Part shown: piece by piece, positions 32,140 through 45,689 of the stretch | Layout of the letters: the number at the start of each line of letters is the position of its first letter | Position numbering within the stretch: position 1 is the first letter of the stretch | Origin: an uncultured Planctomycetaceae bacterium | GTDB taxonomy: Bacteria > Planctomycetota > Planctomycetia > Planctomycetales > Planctomycetaceae | Assembly (NCBI GenBank): GCA_963813715.1 | Contig: CAWFAK010000016.1 | Span: 128,001 to 192,000 of the forward strand | Reading direction: 5' to 3' | DNA: 64,000 nucleotides | The notes under the pieces: model-generated | Database searches by the model: none | Told to the model about the DNA's origin: nothing | Seen by the model: only the letters and a program-made list of their open reading frames with translations | Made by a program: the position numbers and the translations under genes

Positions 32140-32147
32140 ACCCCCCG
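32125..32147 (+). repeat. REP-like palindrome, copy 1
   Basis: GAGCGGGGGGTGTAAACCCCCCG; homologous to 59214-59236. Confidence 0.65.
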
Positions 32148-32243
32148 AGCGATCCCCGAGCAATCCCCGAGCGACCGACAGCGGCGCCGTGTTACAATCG
32201 CCGGCGCCCATCGTCCGCCTCTTTCTGCTCGAGAACAAATTTC

Positions 32244-33569
32244 ATGACCGGCGAGCGATCCGATTTGTCCCCGCCGCTTTCCGAGCTGTCGCCGCCGCTG
32301 GCCGCACCGGAACAGCAAGAAGCTCTGATGCGGCTGCTCGACGTGACGTGCGAGTTGGCCCGCCATCACACGCTCGATCAGATCCTGCAAACAGTGACCA
32401 CCGGAGCCTGCCAGGCGCTCGGTTGCGAGCGGGCCAGCCTGTACCTTTACGATGCCGAAACCAACGAGGTCTTCACCCGCGCGGTCACCGAGTTGGAGTT
32501 GCAGGAAATCCGCTCGTCGGCCGATCGCGGCATCACCGGCTGGGTGGTCCGCAACCGCGAGCTGGCCAACATCCCCGACCCGGCCGCCGACCCCCGTTGG
32601 AACGCGAGCTTCGATCGGCAAACCGGTTTCCAGACGCGGAGCATCCTGGCCGCACCGATCATCGCGTCGACCGACAATCGCCTGGTCGGCGTGCTGCAAC
32701 TCTTGAACAAGCACGGCGGGACATTCGGCCCCTTCGACGAGCAAGTGATTCGCGCCTTCGCAGCCCACGCGGCCACGGCACTGGAGCGGGCCGACCTCGT
32801 CGCCGATGCCCGGCTCTCGCACGAGCTGCAACTGGCCGTGAACATGGGCCGCCGCATTCAGCAAAGCTTCTTGCCGCGACATCTCCCGGAAATTCCCGGT
32901 TACGAAGTGGGCGCGTGGTGGCGGCCGGCCGAGCTGGTGAGCGGCGACTATTACGACATCGTCCCGCTGAAAGACGGCCGGCTGGGCCTGTTGGTGGCGG
33001 ACGTCAGCGGCCACGGCATGGGCCCGAGCCTGCTGATGGCCTCGGTGCGGGCGATGGTGCACGTCCTCACGCGGCGGCGGACCGACCCCGGCGAGATCGT
33101 GCCCCTGTTGGCCGAAACGATCTCACCCGATCTCGACGGCGGCTCGTTTCTCACGCTCTTGATGGCGGCTCTCGATCCGCGGACGCACGAGGCGACCTAT
33201 GTCAACGCGGGACACGGCCCCGCGCTGCTCTTTCATCGCCAGACGCAGACGTTTCAAACGCTGCAGAGCACAAGCCTGCCGCTCGGCTTTTTCACCGACT
33301 TTGCCCCGATCTCCTGCTTGAGACTGTCGATGGGCCCCGGCGACTTGCTGATTTTGGCGACCGATGGCGTCATCGAGCTCATCAATGACGCACGGGAAAT
33401 GTTCGGACGTCCGCGCCTCGAGCAACTCATCCGCCAGAATTGCACACTGGCCGCGCCGGACCTGGTGATGGCCATTCAAAACGCGATCGCCGAATTCTTG
33501 GGCGACAGCCAGCCGCTCGACGACGTCACGCTAATGGTGGTCGAGCGGAAGCTGGGCGATGGAGCGTAG
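32244..33569 (+). CDS. GAF + PP2C/SpoIIE (RsbU-like) phosphatase
   Basis: GAF (GITGWV, FDRQTGFQTRSIL, GVLQLLNK); SGDYYD, ADVSGHG, NAGH, TDGVIE, DDVT. Confidence 0.92.
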   Translation: MTGERSDLSPPLSELSPPLAAPEQQEALMRLLDVTCELARHHTLDQILQTVTTGACQALGCERASLYLYDAETNEVFTRAVTELELQEIRSSADRGITGWVVRNRELANIPDPAADPRWNASFDRQTGFQTRSILAAPIIASTDNRLVGVLQLLNKHGGTFGPFDEQVIRAFAAHAATALERADLVADARLSHELQLAVNMGRRIQQSFLPRHLPEIPGYEVGAWWRPAELVSGDYYDIVPLKDGRLGLLVADVSGHGMGPSLLMASVRAMVHVLTRRRTDPGEIVPLLAETISPDLDGGSFLTLLMAALDPRTHEATYVNAGHGPALLFHRQTQTFQTLQSTSLPLGFFTDFAPISCLRLSMGPGDLLILATDGVIELINDAREMFGRPRLEQLIRQNCTLAAPDLVMAIQNAIAEFLGDSQPLDDVTLMVVERKLGDGA

Positions 33570-33646
33570 TCCAAGGTCCAATGTCGCGGATGCCAGTAGC
33601 CGCGATGAATTCTCTTGTCTTCAACCTTGGACTTTGGACCTTGGAC
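33569..33646. repeat. Heptamer-based inverted repeat between convergent genes
   Basis: GTCCAAGGTCCAA (33569-33581) / TTGGACCTTGGAC (33634-33646), plus a third heptamer. Confidence 0.75.
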
Positions 33647-33652
33647 CCGGCC

Positions 33653-34144
33653 CTATTCGAGCTTTTCGCGCAAGATGCGTTCGGCGTCGCTGCGGCGGCG
33701 TGTCAGAAGTTCTTCTCGCAGCTCGGGCCGTGAGAGCGACAGGATGCTGACGGCCAGCAGGGCTGCGTTGACCGCGCCCGCCTTGCCGATGGCGAGTGTG
33801 CCGACGGGGATGCCCTGCGGCATTTGCACGGTCGAGAGCAGAGAGTCCAGGCCGTCGAGGGCCCAGCCCTTCATCGGCACGCCCAGGACGGGCCGCACGG
33901 TGTGGGCCGCCACCACGCCCGCCAGATGAGCCGCGCCGCCGGCTGCCGCGATGAAGACCTCGGTCCCGCCGCTTTCGCACTTGTGGACATATTCCACGGT
34001 TTCGGCAGGCGTGCGATGGGCAGAGAGGACGCGGCATTCGTGCCGCACGCCGCATTCGTCGAGCGTTTGATGGGCGGACTTCATTGTCTCCCAATCGGAC
34101 TTGCTGCCCATCAGGATGGCAACGAGAGGGGCGTCGGCAGGCAT
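33653..34144 (-). CDS. purE: N5-carboxyaminoimidazole ribonucleotide mutase
   Basis: [31 protein letters not shown]. Confidence 0.97.
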   Translation of the reverse strand: MPADAPLVAILMGSKSDWETMKSAHQTLDECGVRHECRVLSAHRTPAETVEYVHKCESGGTEVFIAAAGGAAHLAGVVAAHTVRPVLGVPMKGWALDGLDSLLSTVQMPQGIPVGTLAIGKAGAVNAALLAVSILSLSRPELREELLTRRRSDAERILREKLE

Positions 34145-34262
34145 GCGATCGATCTCCGTGTTGGCGTGTGAAACCCGTTCTACGAATTCTCGATCCCCTG
34201 GGCAAGCGCCGCAGGCGCTCGTTGCGGGCGTGCGTCGATCGGCCTAGAATTCGAGCGTCAGC

Positions 34263-34757
34263 GTGGAAAGAGAGTCTGCGGTGTTCGTCAAATCGCCTTC
34301 GTTCGCCTCCCCCGACCGTCCGACGGTCGTTGTCTTCGAAAAGCAGCCTCGGTGGGCCCCCGAGCTCGAGCGGCAGTTCCTTGCCGAGGAGGTGCGCGTT
34401 ATCGCCTGCCGCTCGGTGAAAGACGCGGCCGAACGCACGGCAGGCGTTGCCCGCGGCGCGGTGCTCTTGGACGCGGCGGTGGCCTCTTCCGACTGCCTGC
34501 AGTATCTGCGGCACGCGCTCAGCGATCCGCGGACGCTGCCGGTCCTCATCGTCGGCGCACCGGCCATTGCCCCCTTGGAATGGTCATTTCGCGAGTTGGG
34601 GGCGCGGGCCTTTTTCGTCAAAAAGATACCGGGGCACGAAATGGCGTCCCTTTGCCGCCGGCAGTGGGGCGGCCGTATCCCGGCGACATCCGAGAGAAAA
34701 CCGTCGGGCAAAGAACCAGTTTCGAGCAAACACCATCAGGGGCCGAGCGAGCGATGA
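34263..34757 (+). CDS. Atypical single-domain receiver-like protein
   Basis: VVVFE..VLLD..LPVLIVG..ELGARAFFVK pattern; stop overlaps the mrp ATG. Confidence 0.6.
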   Translation: MERESAVFVKSPSFASPDRPTVVVFEKQPRWAPELERQFLAEEVRVIACRSVKDAAERTAGVARGAVLLDAAVASSDCLQYLRHALSDPRTLPVLIVGAPAIAPLEWSFRELGARAFFVKKIPGHEMASLCRRQWGGRIPATSERKPSGKEPVSSKHHQGPSER

Positions 34758-35839
34758 CCAACGCACAGCGGGAACAGGGCATTTCGCAGGCCCTGCGAGA
34801 CCTTCCGGACCCCGAGATCGGCCGGACGTTGGGACAGCTCGAGATGCTGAAGCAGGTTCGCGTCGGCGACGACGGCACCGTGCACGTCCAGATTGAGCTA
34901 CCGACGCCTGCCTATCCGGACCGCGAGCGGATCACCGCGGCCGTGCAGCAGAAACTGCAGCAAGCCCACCTGCTCAACGGCAGCCGCCTGGACGTCGCTT
35001 TTTCCGCCACGGTGCGGGGGAAAAATGCGGGGGGTACCCTCGGCTTGCGGATTGCCAACATCATCGCCGTCGGCAGCGGCAAAGGTGGCGTCGGCAAGAG
35101 CACGATTGCCGCGTGTCTCGCGTACGGGCTGCACCATTTCGGCGCGCGGACCGGGCTGATGGACGCCGACGTCTACGGCCCGAGCATCCCGCATTTGCTG
35201 GGCGTCGCCAACGCGAAGCCAGCGGCCCTCGAACAGCGGACGGCAACGGGCGAGCCCTACACGCGGATCGAGCCGGTGGACGCGGGCGGAATCAAGACGA
35301 TCTCGATGGGATTTTTCATCAATCCCGATCAGGCCGTCGTTTGGCGCGGGCCGCTGTTGCATCGAGCCATCACGCAGTTCCTCAAGGACACCGATTGGGG
35401 CGAGCTGGATTACCTGGTGATCGACCTGCCGCCGGGAACGGGCGACGTCGCTCTCACGCTCTCGCAATCGGTGGGCTTGGCGGGAGCGGTCGTCGTCTGC
35501 ACGCCGCAACAGGTGGCCCTGTTGGACGCCGTCAAAGCCATCAGCATGTATCGACAGGTAAAGATTCCGATCCTTGGCATGGTGGAGAACATGAGCGGCG
35601 AGATTTTTGGCCGCGGCGGAGCGCGTCGCAAAGCGCAGGAGCTGGGCGTGCCGTTTCTCGGGGAAATACCCATCGAAGCCGACATCCGCATTAAGGGCGA
35701 CGAGGGGAAAACGGCCGCCCTCTTCGACGAAGGTAGCCCCGCCCGCCCGCACCTGTTGGCCATGTGTCAGCAAACGTCGCTGGAGATCGCCCGCCAACTC
35801 CTCGAAACGCCGAGCATGCCGACGCTCGAGATCCTGTGA
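34754..35839 (+). CDS. mrp: Mrp/ApbC/NBP35 P-loop ATPase
   Basis: DPEIGR (DUF59-like), SGKGGVGKST, DADVYGPS, WRGP, DLPPGTGD, VENMS. Confidence 0.92.
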   Translation: MTNAQREQGISQALRDLPDPEIGRTLGQLEMLKQVRVGDDGTVHVQIELPTPAYPDRERITAAVQQKLQQAHLLNGSRLDVAFSATVRGKNAGGTLGLRIANIIAVGSGKGGVGKSTIAACLAYGLHHFGARTGLMDADVYGPSIPHLLGVANAKPAALEQRTATGEPYTRIEPVDAGGIKTISMGFFINPDQAVVWRGPLLHRAITQFLKDTDWGELDYLVIDLPPGTGDVALTLSQSVGLAGAVVVCTPQQVALLDAVKAISMYRQVKIPILGMVENMSGEIFGRGGARRKAQELGVPFLGEIPIEADIRIKGDEGKTAALFDEGSPARPHLLAMCQQTSLEIARQLLETPSMPTLEIL

Positions 35840-35939
35840 CGCCGTAAGCTCGCCTTGGAACCCCTCTCGGGGCGGCTAAAATAGAGATAGGTCAGCCGCC
35901 GAGTGTCGAACCTGTTACTGGGGGCGGTGTCTTAAGACT

Positions 35940-36434
35940 ATGGCAGGAAATTCGTTAGTTGGTTCCGGGAATTTGCCGTTGAGCTCATCGCGCCCTACGA
36001 CCATTCCCGAACTGATTGAAACTTTCGACGCGCTGGGCGACTGGGAAGCGCAGTGCGACTATTTGATCGATCTGGGATACGACGTCCCGGACTTCCCTGA
36101 GTCGGCGCGGACAGAGGCCAACAAGGTTCATGGGTGCCAGAGCAACGTCTGGCTAATCGCCGCAACCAAGCCGGGGAACCCTCCGAAGATTGAGATTCAG
36201 GCAGAGAGCGACTCGATGATCGTTCAGGGTCTGATCGCCGTCCTGTTGATCGCCTATTCGGGGAAGTCGGCCCAAGAAATCCTGCAGACCGATATTCAGC
36301 AGATCTTCTCGCGACTCGGTTTGAATCGGCAGCTCAGTTCGGCCCGCCGCAACGGGCTGGCCGGCATGGTGCAACGCATCCGCTCGATTGCCGAGCAGTC
36401 AGCCGCCACCGGGTCGGCCGCGGAACCGTCGTGA
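35940..36434 (+). CDS. sufE: Fe-S sulfur acceptor
   Basis: KVHGCQSNVW, SDSMIVQGL, LSSARRNGL; start uncertain. Confidence 0.9.
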   Translation: MAGNSLVGSGNLPLSSSRPTTIPELIETFDALGDWEAQCDYLIDLGYDVPDFPESARTEANKVHGCQSNVWLIAATKPGNPPKIEIQAESDSMIVQGLIAVLLIAYSGKSAQEILQTDIQQIFSRLGLNRQLSSARRNGLAGMVQRIRSIAEQSAATGSAAEPS

Positions 36435-37708
36435 TGGTTGCCACTTCCGAGACTGCACCGCCCGCCAATCCCCACGACGCGCTCGATGCGGCGGCTGTCC
36501 GCGCACAGTTTCCGATCTTCGATCGCCCGCTGCCGAACGGTCAGCCACTCGTTTACCTCGACAGTGCGGCCAGCGCCCAAAAGCCGCACTCGGTGATCGA
36601 CAAAGAGCGGGAGTGCTACGAGCGGTATTACGCCAACGCCTACCGCGGCGACTACCAGTTCGGCATCCACATCGACGAAGAGCTGGAAGCCACGCGGGCC
36701 AAGGTCCGCGACTTCATCGGAGCGACGCAGAGCGAAGAGATCATCTTCACGTCCGGCACCACGATGTCGATCAACCTGGTGGCCAACGCCTGGGGCCGCA
36801 AGTTTTTGCGGGCCGGCGACGAAATTCTGCTCACGCAGATGGAGCACCATGCCAACCTGGTGCCGTGGCAGCAGGTGGCGCACGCGACGGGAGCGTCGGT
36901 CCGCTACATTCCGCTGACGAGCGATTGGCGACTCGATCTCAACCGGCTCGACGAAGTGCTGACCGACCGCACGCGGATCGTGGCCGTCAGCGGCATGTCG
37001 AATGTGCTGGGCACGGTGCCGCCGATTCGCGAGATCGCGGCCGCGGCCCGCAAGCGCGGAGCTCTGGTGCTCGTCGACGGGGCTCAGAGCGTGCCGCATC
37101 TGGCGACCAATGTCCGCGACCTCGACATCGATTTTCTGACCTTCTCGGCCCATAAGCTGTACGGTCCCAGCGGCGTGGGCGTGCTGTGGGGGCGACGCCG
37201 GCTGCTCGAGGCGATGGATCCGTTCCTGTGCGGCGGTCATATGATCTCCGAGGTCTTTTGGGACCACTCGACGTGGGCGGCCATTCCGGCGAAGTTCGAG
37301 GCGGGCACATTGCCGATCGCACAGGCGATCGCGCTGGGGACTGCCGTCGACTTCGTCACGGGTCTGGGTGTGTCTGCGATTCAGGCGCACGATGCCGACC
37401 TGACGGCTTACGCTCACAAACAGTTGGCGAGCGTTGCCGGTCTGCGGACCTTCGGGCCCGAGCCGGCGCACAAAGGGCCGATCGTCAGCTTCGCCATCGA
37501 GGGGATCCACCCACAGGACCTGGCGAACTTGATCGACCGCAAGGGAGTGGCTGTGCGGCATGGGCACCACTGCACGATGCCGCTGCACTCGCTCCTGGGC
37601 GTCTCCGCGACGACCCGCGCCAGCTTTGGCGTTTACACGACGCGCGGCGATATTGACGTGCTGATCGAGGCGATCGAGTTCGCCCGGCAAAAACTCCGTC
37701 GTGCCTGA
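36431..37708 (+). CDS. sufS: Cysteine desulfurase
   Basis: YLDSAASAQKP, MEHHAN, SAHKLYGP, KFEAGT, RHGHHC. Confidence 0.95.
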   Translation: MMVATSETAPPANPHDALDAAAVRAQFPIFDRPLPNGQPLVYLDSAASAQKPHSVIDKERECYERYYANAYRGDYQFGIHIDEELEATRAKVRDFIGATQSEEIIFTSGTTMSINLVANAWGRKFLRAGDEILLTQMEHHANLVPWQQVAHATGASVRYIPLTSDWRLDLNRLDEVLTDRTRIVAVSGMSNVLGTVPPIREIAAAARKRGALVLVDGAQSVPHLATNVRDLDIDFLTFSAHKLYGPSGVGVLWGRRRLLEAMDPFLCGGHMISEVFWDHSTWAAIPAKFEAGTLPIAQAIALGTAVDFVTGLGVSAIQAHDADLTAYAHKQLASVAGLRTFGPEPAHKGPIVSFAIEGIHPQDLANLIDRKGVAVRHGHHCTMPLHSLLGVSATTRASFGVYTTRGDIDVLIEAIEFARQKLRRA

Positions 37709-37719
37709 GGAATAGCGAC

Positions 37720-39051
37720 ATGCCCAACACCACCGGTCCGAGCGCTCCGAGCACCGACGTTAAGCTCAGCCGCCGTTGGCAGTGGGCGACCCGCGGCCGG
37801 GCGATCAGCTATTTGATGGAGCAGGCGGTCGAGAACCCGAACGCCATTTCGCTCGCCGCCGGCCTGGTCGATCCGTCGACGCTGCCCGTCGAAGAGACTC
37901 GGCGCGTGCTGGCGGACCTCCTGGGCGATTCCGAGCGCGGCTGCCGGGCCTTGCAGTACGGCACCACGTCGGGGTCGGAACGTCTGCGGCGGCAAGTGGC
38001 CCAACTGATCCAGCGGCTCGAAGAGCGGAGCACGGGCGGGGCCAACGGCTCGAGTCACGCGGCCCCCGTCGAGATCGATCCGTCGCGGCTGATCCTGACC
38101 ACCGGCTCGCAGCAGTTGTTGTCGCTGGTGGGCGAGGTGCTGCTTGATCCGGACGATATCTGCCTCGTGGCCGCCCCGACGTACTTTGTCTTTCTGGGTG
38201 TGATTCACGGGTTGGGCGCGCGGGCCGTGCCAATTCCCGCCGACGAAAACGGCATGCAGCTCGACCAACTCGAAGAGGAACTGGAGCGGATTGAGGCGGC
38301 AGGCGAGCTCGGCAAGGTCAAACTGATTTACGCGGTCAGCTATTACGAGAACCCCAGCGGCATCAGCCTGTCGGTCGAGCGGCGTCGCGATTTGGTGAGC
38401 CTGGCCGAACGCTGGTCGCGCGATCACAAGATCTTCGTGTTGGAAGATGCCGCCTACCGCGAGCTGCGTTACGACGGGCCCGATCGGCCGAGCGTTTGGA
38501 GCTTCGATCCGTCGCACGAGACGGTGATCCTCGCGCAAACGTTCTCCAAGAGCTTTTCGCCGGGGCTCCGTTGCGGTTACGGCCTGTTGCCCAAGCCGCT
38601 GGTGCGGCCGATCGCCGATCGCAAAGGGAACGAAGACTTTGGCTCGTCCAATTTCGTGCAACATCTGATCGCGACAGTGCTCGAAAGCGGCCTGTACGAG
38701 CCGCACGTCGAGCAGGTGCGGGCATCCTACCGGGTGAAGCGGGACCGCATGCTGGCCGCGGCGGAGAAGTATTTTTCCGATCTGCCGGGCGTCTCGTGGG
38801 TGCGGCCCGAAGGCGGGCTCTACGTCTGGATGACGCTGCCGGAGCAAATTCAAACGGGGCTCGACAGCCAGTTCTTCGACCGGGCCGTCAAAGTCGACGG
38901 CGTGATGTACGTCCCCGGCGAGCTCTGTTACGGAGGCACGCCGACGCAACGCCGCCGCAACCAGATGCGCCTCAGCTTCGGCGTCGAATCACCCGACCAG
39001 ATCGAAGAAGGCATGCGGCGGTTGTCGAACGCCGTGCGAGCCGTTCTCTAA
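37720..39051 (+). CDS. PLP-dependent class I aminotransferase (LysN/MocR-like)
   Basis: LQYG, GSQQ, NPSG, EDAAY, TFSKSFSPGLRCG, RLSF. Confidence 0.9.
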   Translation: MPNTTGPSAPSTDVKLSRRWQWATRGRAISYLMEQAVENPNAISLAAGLVDPSTLPVEETRRVLADLLGDSERGCRALQYGTTSGSERLRRQVAQLIQRLEERSTGGANGSSHAAPVEIDPSRLILTTGSQQLLSLVGEVLLDPDDICLVAAPTYFVFLGVIHGLGARAVPIPADENGMQLDQLEEELERIEAAGELGKVKLIYAVSYYENPSGISLSVERRRDLVSLAERWSRDHKIFVLEDAAYRELRYDGPDRPSVWSFDPSHETVILAQTFSKSFSPGLRCGYGLLPKPLVRPIADRKGNEDFGSSNFVQHLIATVLESGLYEPHVEQVRASYRVKRDRMLAAAEKYFSDLPGVSWVRPEGGLYVWMTLPEQIQTGLDSQFFDRAVKVDGVMYVPGELCYGGTPTQRRRNQMRLSFGVESPDQIEEGMRRLSNAVRAVL

Positions 39052-39068
39052 CGGGAGGCGGCTGGCTG

Positions 39069-39180
39069 CCGGGGGCGCTCCGCCTTGCGGAAGCCCCCGT
39101 CCGGACGAGCGATCTCCATTGGGGCCATTCGCAGCGGGTTAGTCGACCGTCCGGGGCTTCCGCTGCGCAGAGCGCCCCGG
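39069..39180. repeat. Inverted REP-like doublet
   Basis: CCGGGGGCGCTCCGCCTTGCGGAAGCCCCCG vs the reverse complement of 39151-39180, CCGGGGCGCTCTGCGCAGCGGAAGCCCCGG. Confidence 0.65.
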
Positions 39181-39219
39181 ACACCCGTGTTGCTCGCGGT
39201 CGTTGCTGAGCCGCGCGAT

Positions 39220-41627
39220 CTATCGCAGCAATGGATCGATGCCGATGCTGCAATGGGGACACCGGACATAGCCCGTTCCGAGGCAGGTCGGGCAGCGGTG
39301 CCGGAGCGAGGGCTTGGGCGCGTTGGGATCGTGCGGCACATGCTCGTCGTGCAGAGGGGCGAACTTGCAACCGGGCGCACGACAGAGGACACGCGCGCGA
39401 CCATTACACACGGTGCAACAGTGATCATCATAGAGGCCTTCCGCCAGTCGCAAGCTCTGCTTGAGGTCCAATTCGTCCGGCTTCGACATCATCATCACGA
39501 CTTTGCGATAGCCGGCGACAACGGAAACGAGCGAGGGGCCGACCTTCCCGCGAACCTCCGACCAACTGAGGGCCGGGCCGCCGAGCGACGCGTGGGCAAA
39601 GGCGGGTAAGGAACTGCGAACAAAGGCTCGCGCCAAGGATGCCGGAACGCCGCCGGCATATTTTGCGTGGGAGGCGTCGTGGCCGCGGGCATCCGCCTCG
39701 GACCCGACGGACGTCGATTGAATCGCGATAATGTTGGCGTGGTCGTCGCAGAGCGCGCCGCCGTTGGCGTGATGTCCGGCGACGGCGTCGGACCAGAGCA
39801 GGCGGGAGAAGTCGATTCCTCGCGGGACGGCGACGCGGGCCACGTCTCCAGGCACCGCCGTCACGAGGCCTTGAGTCACTTTCCAGCCCGCCCCCGAGGC
39901 GCTGGCTTCCGAAAGATCCAAGAGGAGCGTTTCGGTCCCTCGCGGCGATAGACTCTCAGCCAACGCCAGCGGCGGCACGTTCAGCACGTCACATTTCAAA
40001 AGACACAAATCGTCGGCCTCGTCGACGGCAACGCAGACGGCCGAGAGACGGCGTTCCTGGCGCAGATCTTTCGGGTCGACGATCTCGATTCTGTCGGCGC
40101 GTCCGAGCAAAAAATCGTCGACCACATGGCGGCAGGTCAGGACGTAGTGGGGGGCGACGACGAGCCCCGTTCCCTGCACGATGGCGGTCGGCTCGACCTC
40201 GGGCAATTCCAGACGCGCCAGCTCCTCGCGCTCTGCCTGCGGCAGGACGAATGGTAGATAACGCCAACCGTGTTTTGGCCGGTCGGCGGACGCGACGCCG
40301 GCTTTGGTCGCGGCGACCCGAGAATAGAGCTCGGTTGCTTCGGCAACGACGGGCGGGCCCGGGTGAATCCGGCCAATCTGCGTTTCGCTGAGGAAGCGTG
40401 CGACGTTCTGCACCACCTCTTCGGGCACGGGAGTGTGCTCGGCGGCTTCCCGGAGATGGCCGACCGCCTCGGCGTACTTCTCCTCGCGAATCTCGGCGAG
40501 CGCGAGATTATTCAAGGCCGGCAGGTAGCCCGGACTGCGCTCCAGCACGGCTTCAAAATGCCTCTTGGCCGTCAGCGGACTGCGGAATTTCGCGGGCGAG
40601 ATGGAAGTCAGAATGCCAACGGAGAAGTCGGCGGCGATCGAGTTCGGATCGACACGGCTCGCCGCTTCCAGCGTTCTCCGCGCCTCGTCGAAGTTCAGAG
40701 CCTTGGTCAGGTCGTAGGCTTGCTGAACGAGTTGAGCGGCCTCCTGGCGGGCTTTTGCAGCGACGGCCGCCGCGACCCATTGATCGCCCAATCGCACGAG
40801 ACCCTGGTCGGCTCGAACTTCCCAGACCTGCAGGTTGGCGTTGAACAGATCAGCCGCCGGCGCGATTGCACGCGTCGCTCGGAACTGCTGATAGAGGGCC
40901 AGCGCGTCCTTGGCCGTCGAAGAACGCACCGCCGTCGATTCGAGCGCGGTCAGATCGGCTTGGGTTGCCGGTGCATGAGGGACAACGTCGGGCGCGATCT
41001 TGACGATCGGAGCTTTGGGCTTTGAAGCAAGGTCTGCCGGCTTAACGTTTTTCTGCGGAGAGGATTTGCTCGCAGCCTCCGCGTGCGGTGGGGCGAGCGA
41101 GGGCTGCTCGGGCGACGGATGCGCGGCAATCAAAGATTGACGGCGCTGACCGGGGGCACAGCTGCGCTGCCGATGGGCGCAATCTCGATCGCCGGAGGCG
41201 TTGTGATGACTGTAGGCTTCGTGCTTGCGACGGCACTCGACTTGGTCGCGTCTGCGGGAGCCGCCGCAGCGGCGACTGCAGGCGCCTCGTCGGGTTCATC
41301 GCCAAGCGGCACGTCGGCGTGAGCCACGGCAAGCGGCACCTCACGGTGACGCCCCCGAAACGCCACCCAAAGTCCTGCCGCCAGCACGACTGCCAGGCCG
41401 GCGGCGGCAATTGCGATTCGTTGTTTTTTCTTGCTCGGGACCGGCGGGATTGGCCTCTTCTTGCCGGTTAATGCCTGACCGGCCGGCGTCCACGGCCCAT
41501 TGACCCCCTGGCGGACGAGCGTTTCCGGATCGATGCGGCCGCTCTCAAGAACATGCCGTACCTCGACTTCCGTCAACGGTCCGAGGGTCTTGTGCCCTTT
41601 ACGGACGTACCAGTCGTCGCTCATCAT
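39220..41627 (-). CDS. GYF_2(DUF4339)-TM-TPR-trypsin-like-Zn finger protein (frameshift ~41131)
   Basis: WYV..LGP..LVRQG..W; ALNNLALAE (TPR); GTGLVV..LTCRHVV..DLCLLK; CxxCxGxG repeats. Confidence 0.78.
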
Positions 41628-41651
41628 CGGACCTTTTGAGACGCGACTAGT

Positions 41652-45197
<3,546 letters not shown>

Positions 45198-45228
45198 GGA
45201 AATCCTTTCCAATTCGCAGGGGCGGGCG

Positions 45229-45657
45229 TTAAACCGACGGTCGGGCCGGCTTGCCCGATTTCATCTCAGTCAATTCGGGAATCACGTCCGAAATCCTGCG
45301 GACGCGCCCTTCCCGGTCAACGCAGGCCAGCACGCTCGTGGCGTCGGCGATCACCGTGCCGTTGCGTGTTAGCTGATATTCGTGTTCGAGCTTGGCGGGC
45401 GTCACGCGGACGACGCGGGTCCGCAGCGAGAGCAGATCGTCGAAACGGGCCGGCGTGCGGTATTTGACGTTCAGCTCCACCACGACGAAGAAGTGCCCCC
45501 CCTCCTCCATCTTGCGGTAGTCGCCCCCTTGGGCACGAAAGAGCTCCGTCCGCCCCATCTCGAAATAGCACACGAAGTTCGCATGGTGTAGAAAACCCAT
45601 CGCGTCGGTTTCGCAGTAGCGGACGCGAATGGGGATTTCGTGTTCGTGCGGACCCAT
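45229..45657 (-). CDS. Acyl-CoA thioesterase (YbgC/FadM family)
   Basis: [31 protein letters not shown]. Confidence 0.9.
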   Translation of the reverse strand: MGPHEHEIPIRVRYCETDAMGFLHHANFVCYFEMGRTELFRAQGGDYRKMEEGGHFFVVVELNVKYRTPARFDDLLSLRTRVVRVTPAKLEHEYQLTRNGTVIADATSVLACVDREGRVRRISDVIPELTEMKSGKPARPSV

Positions 45658-45689
45658 GGAGGAATAACTGGTTCCGAAGTCCGGCGGAG

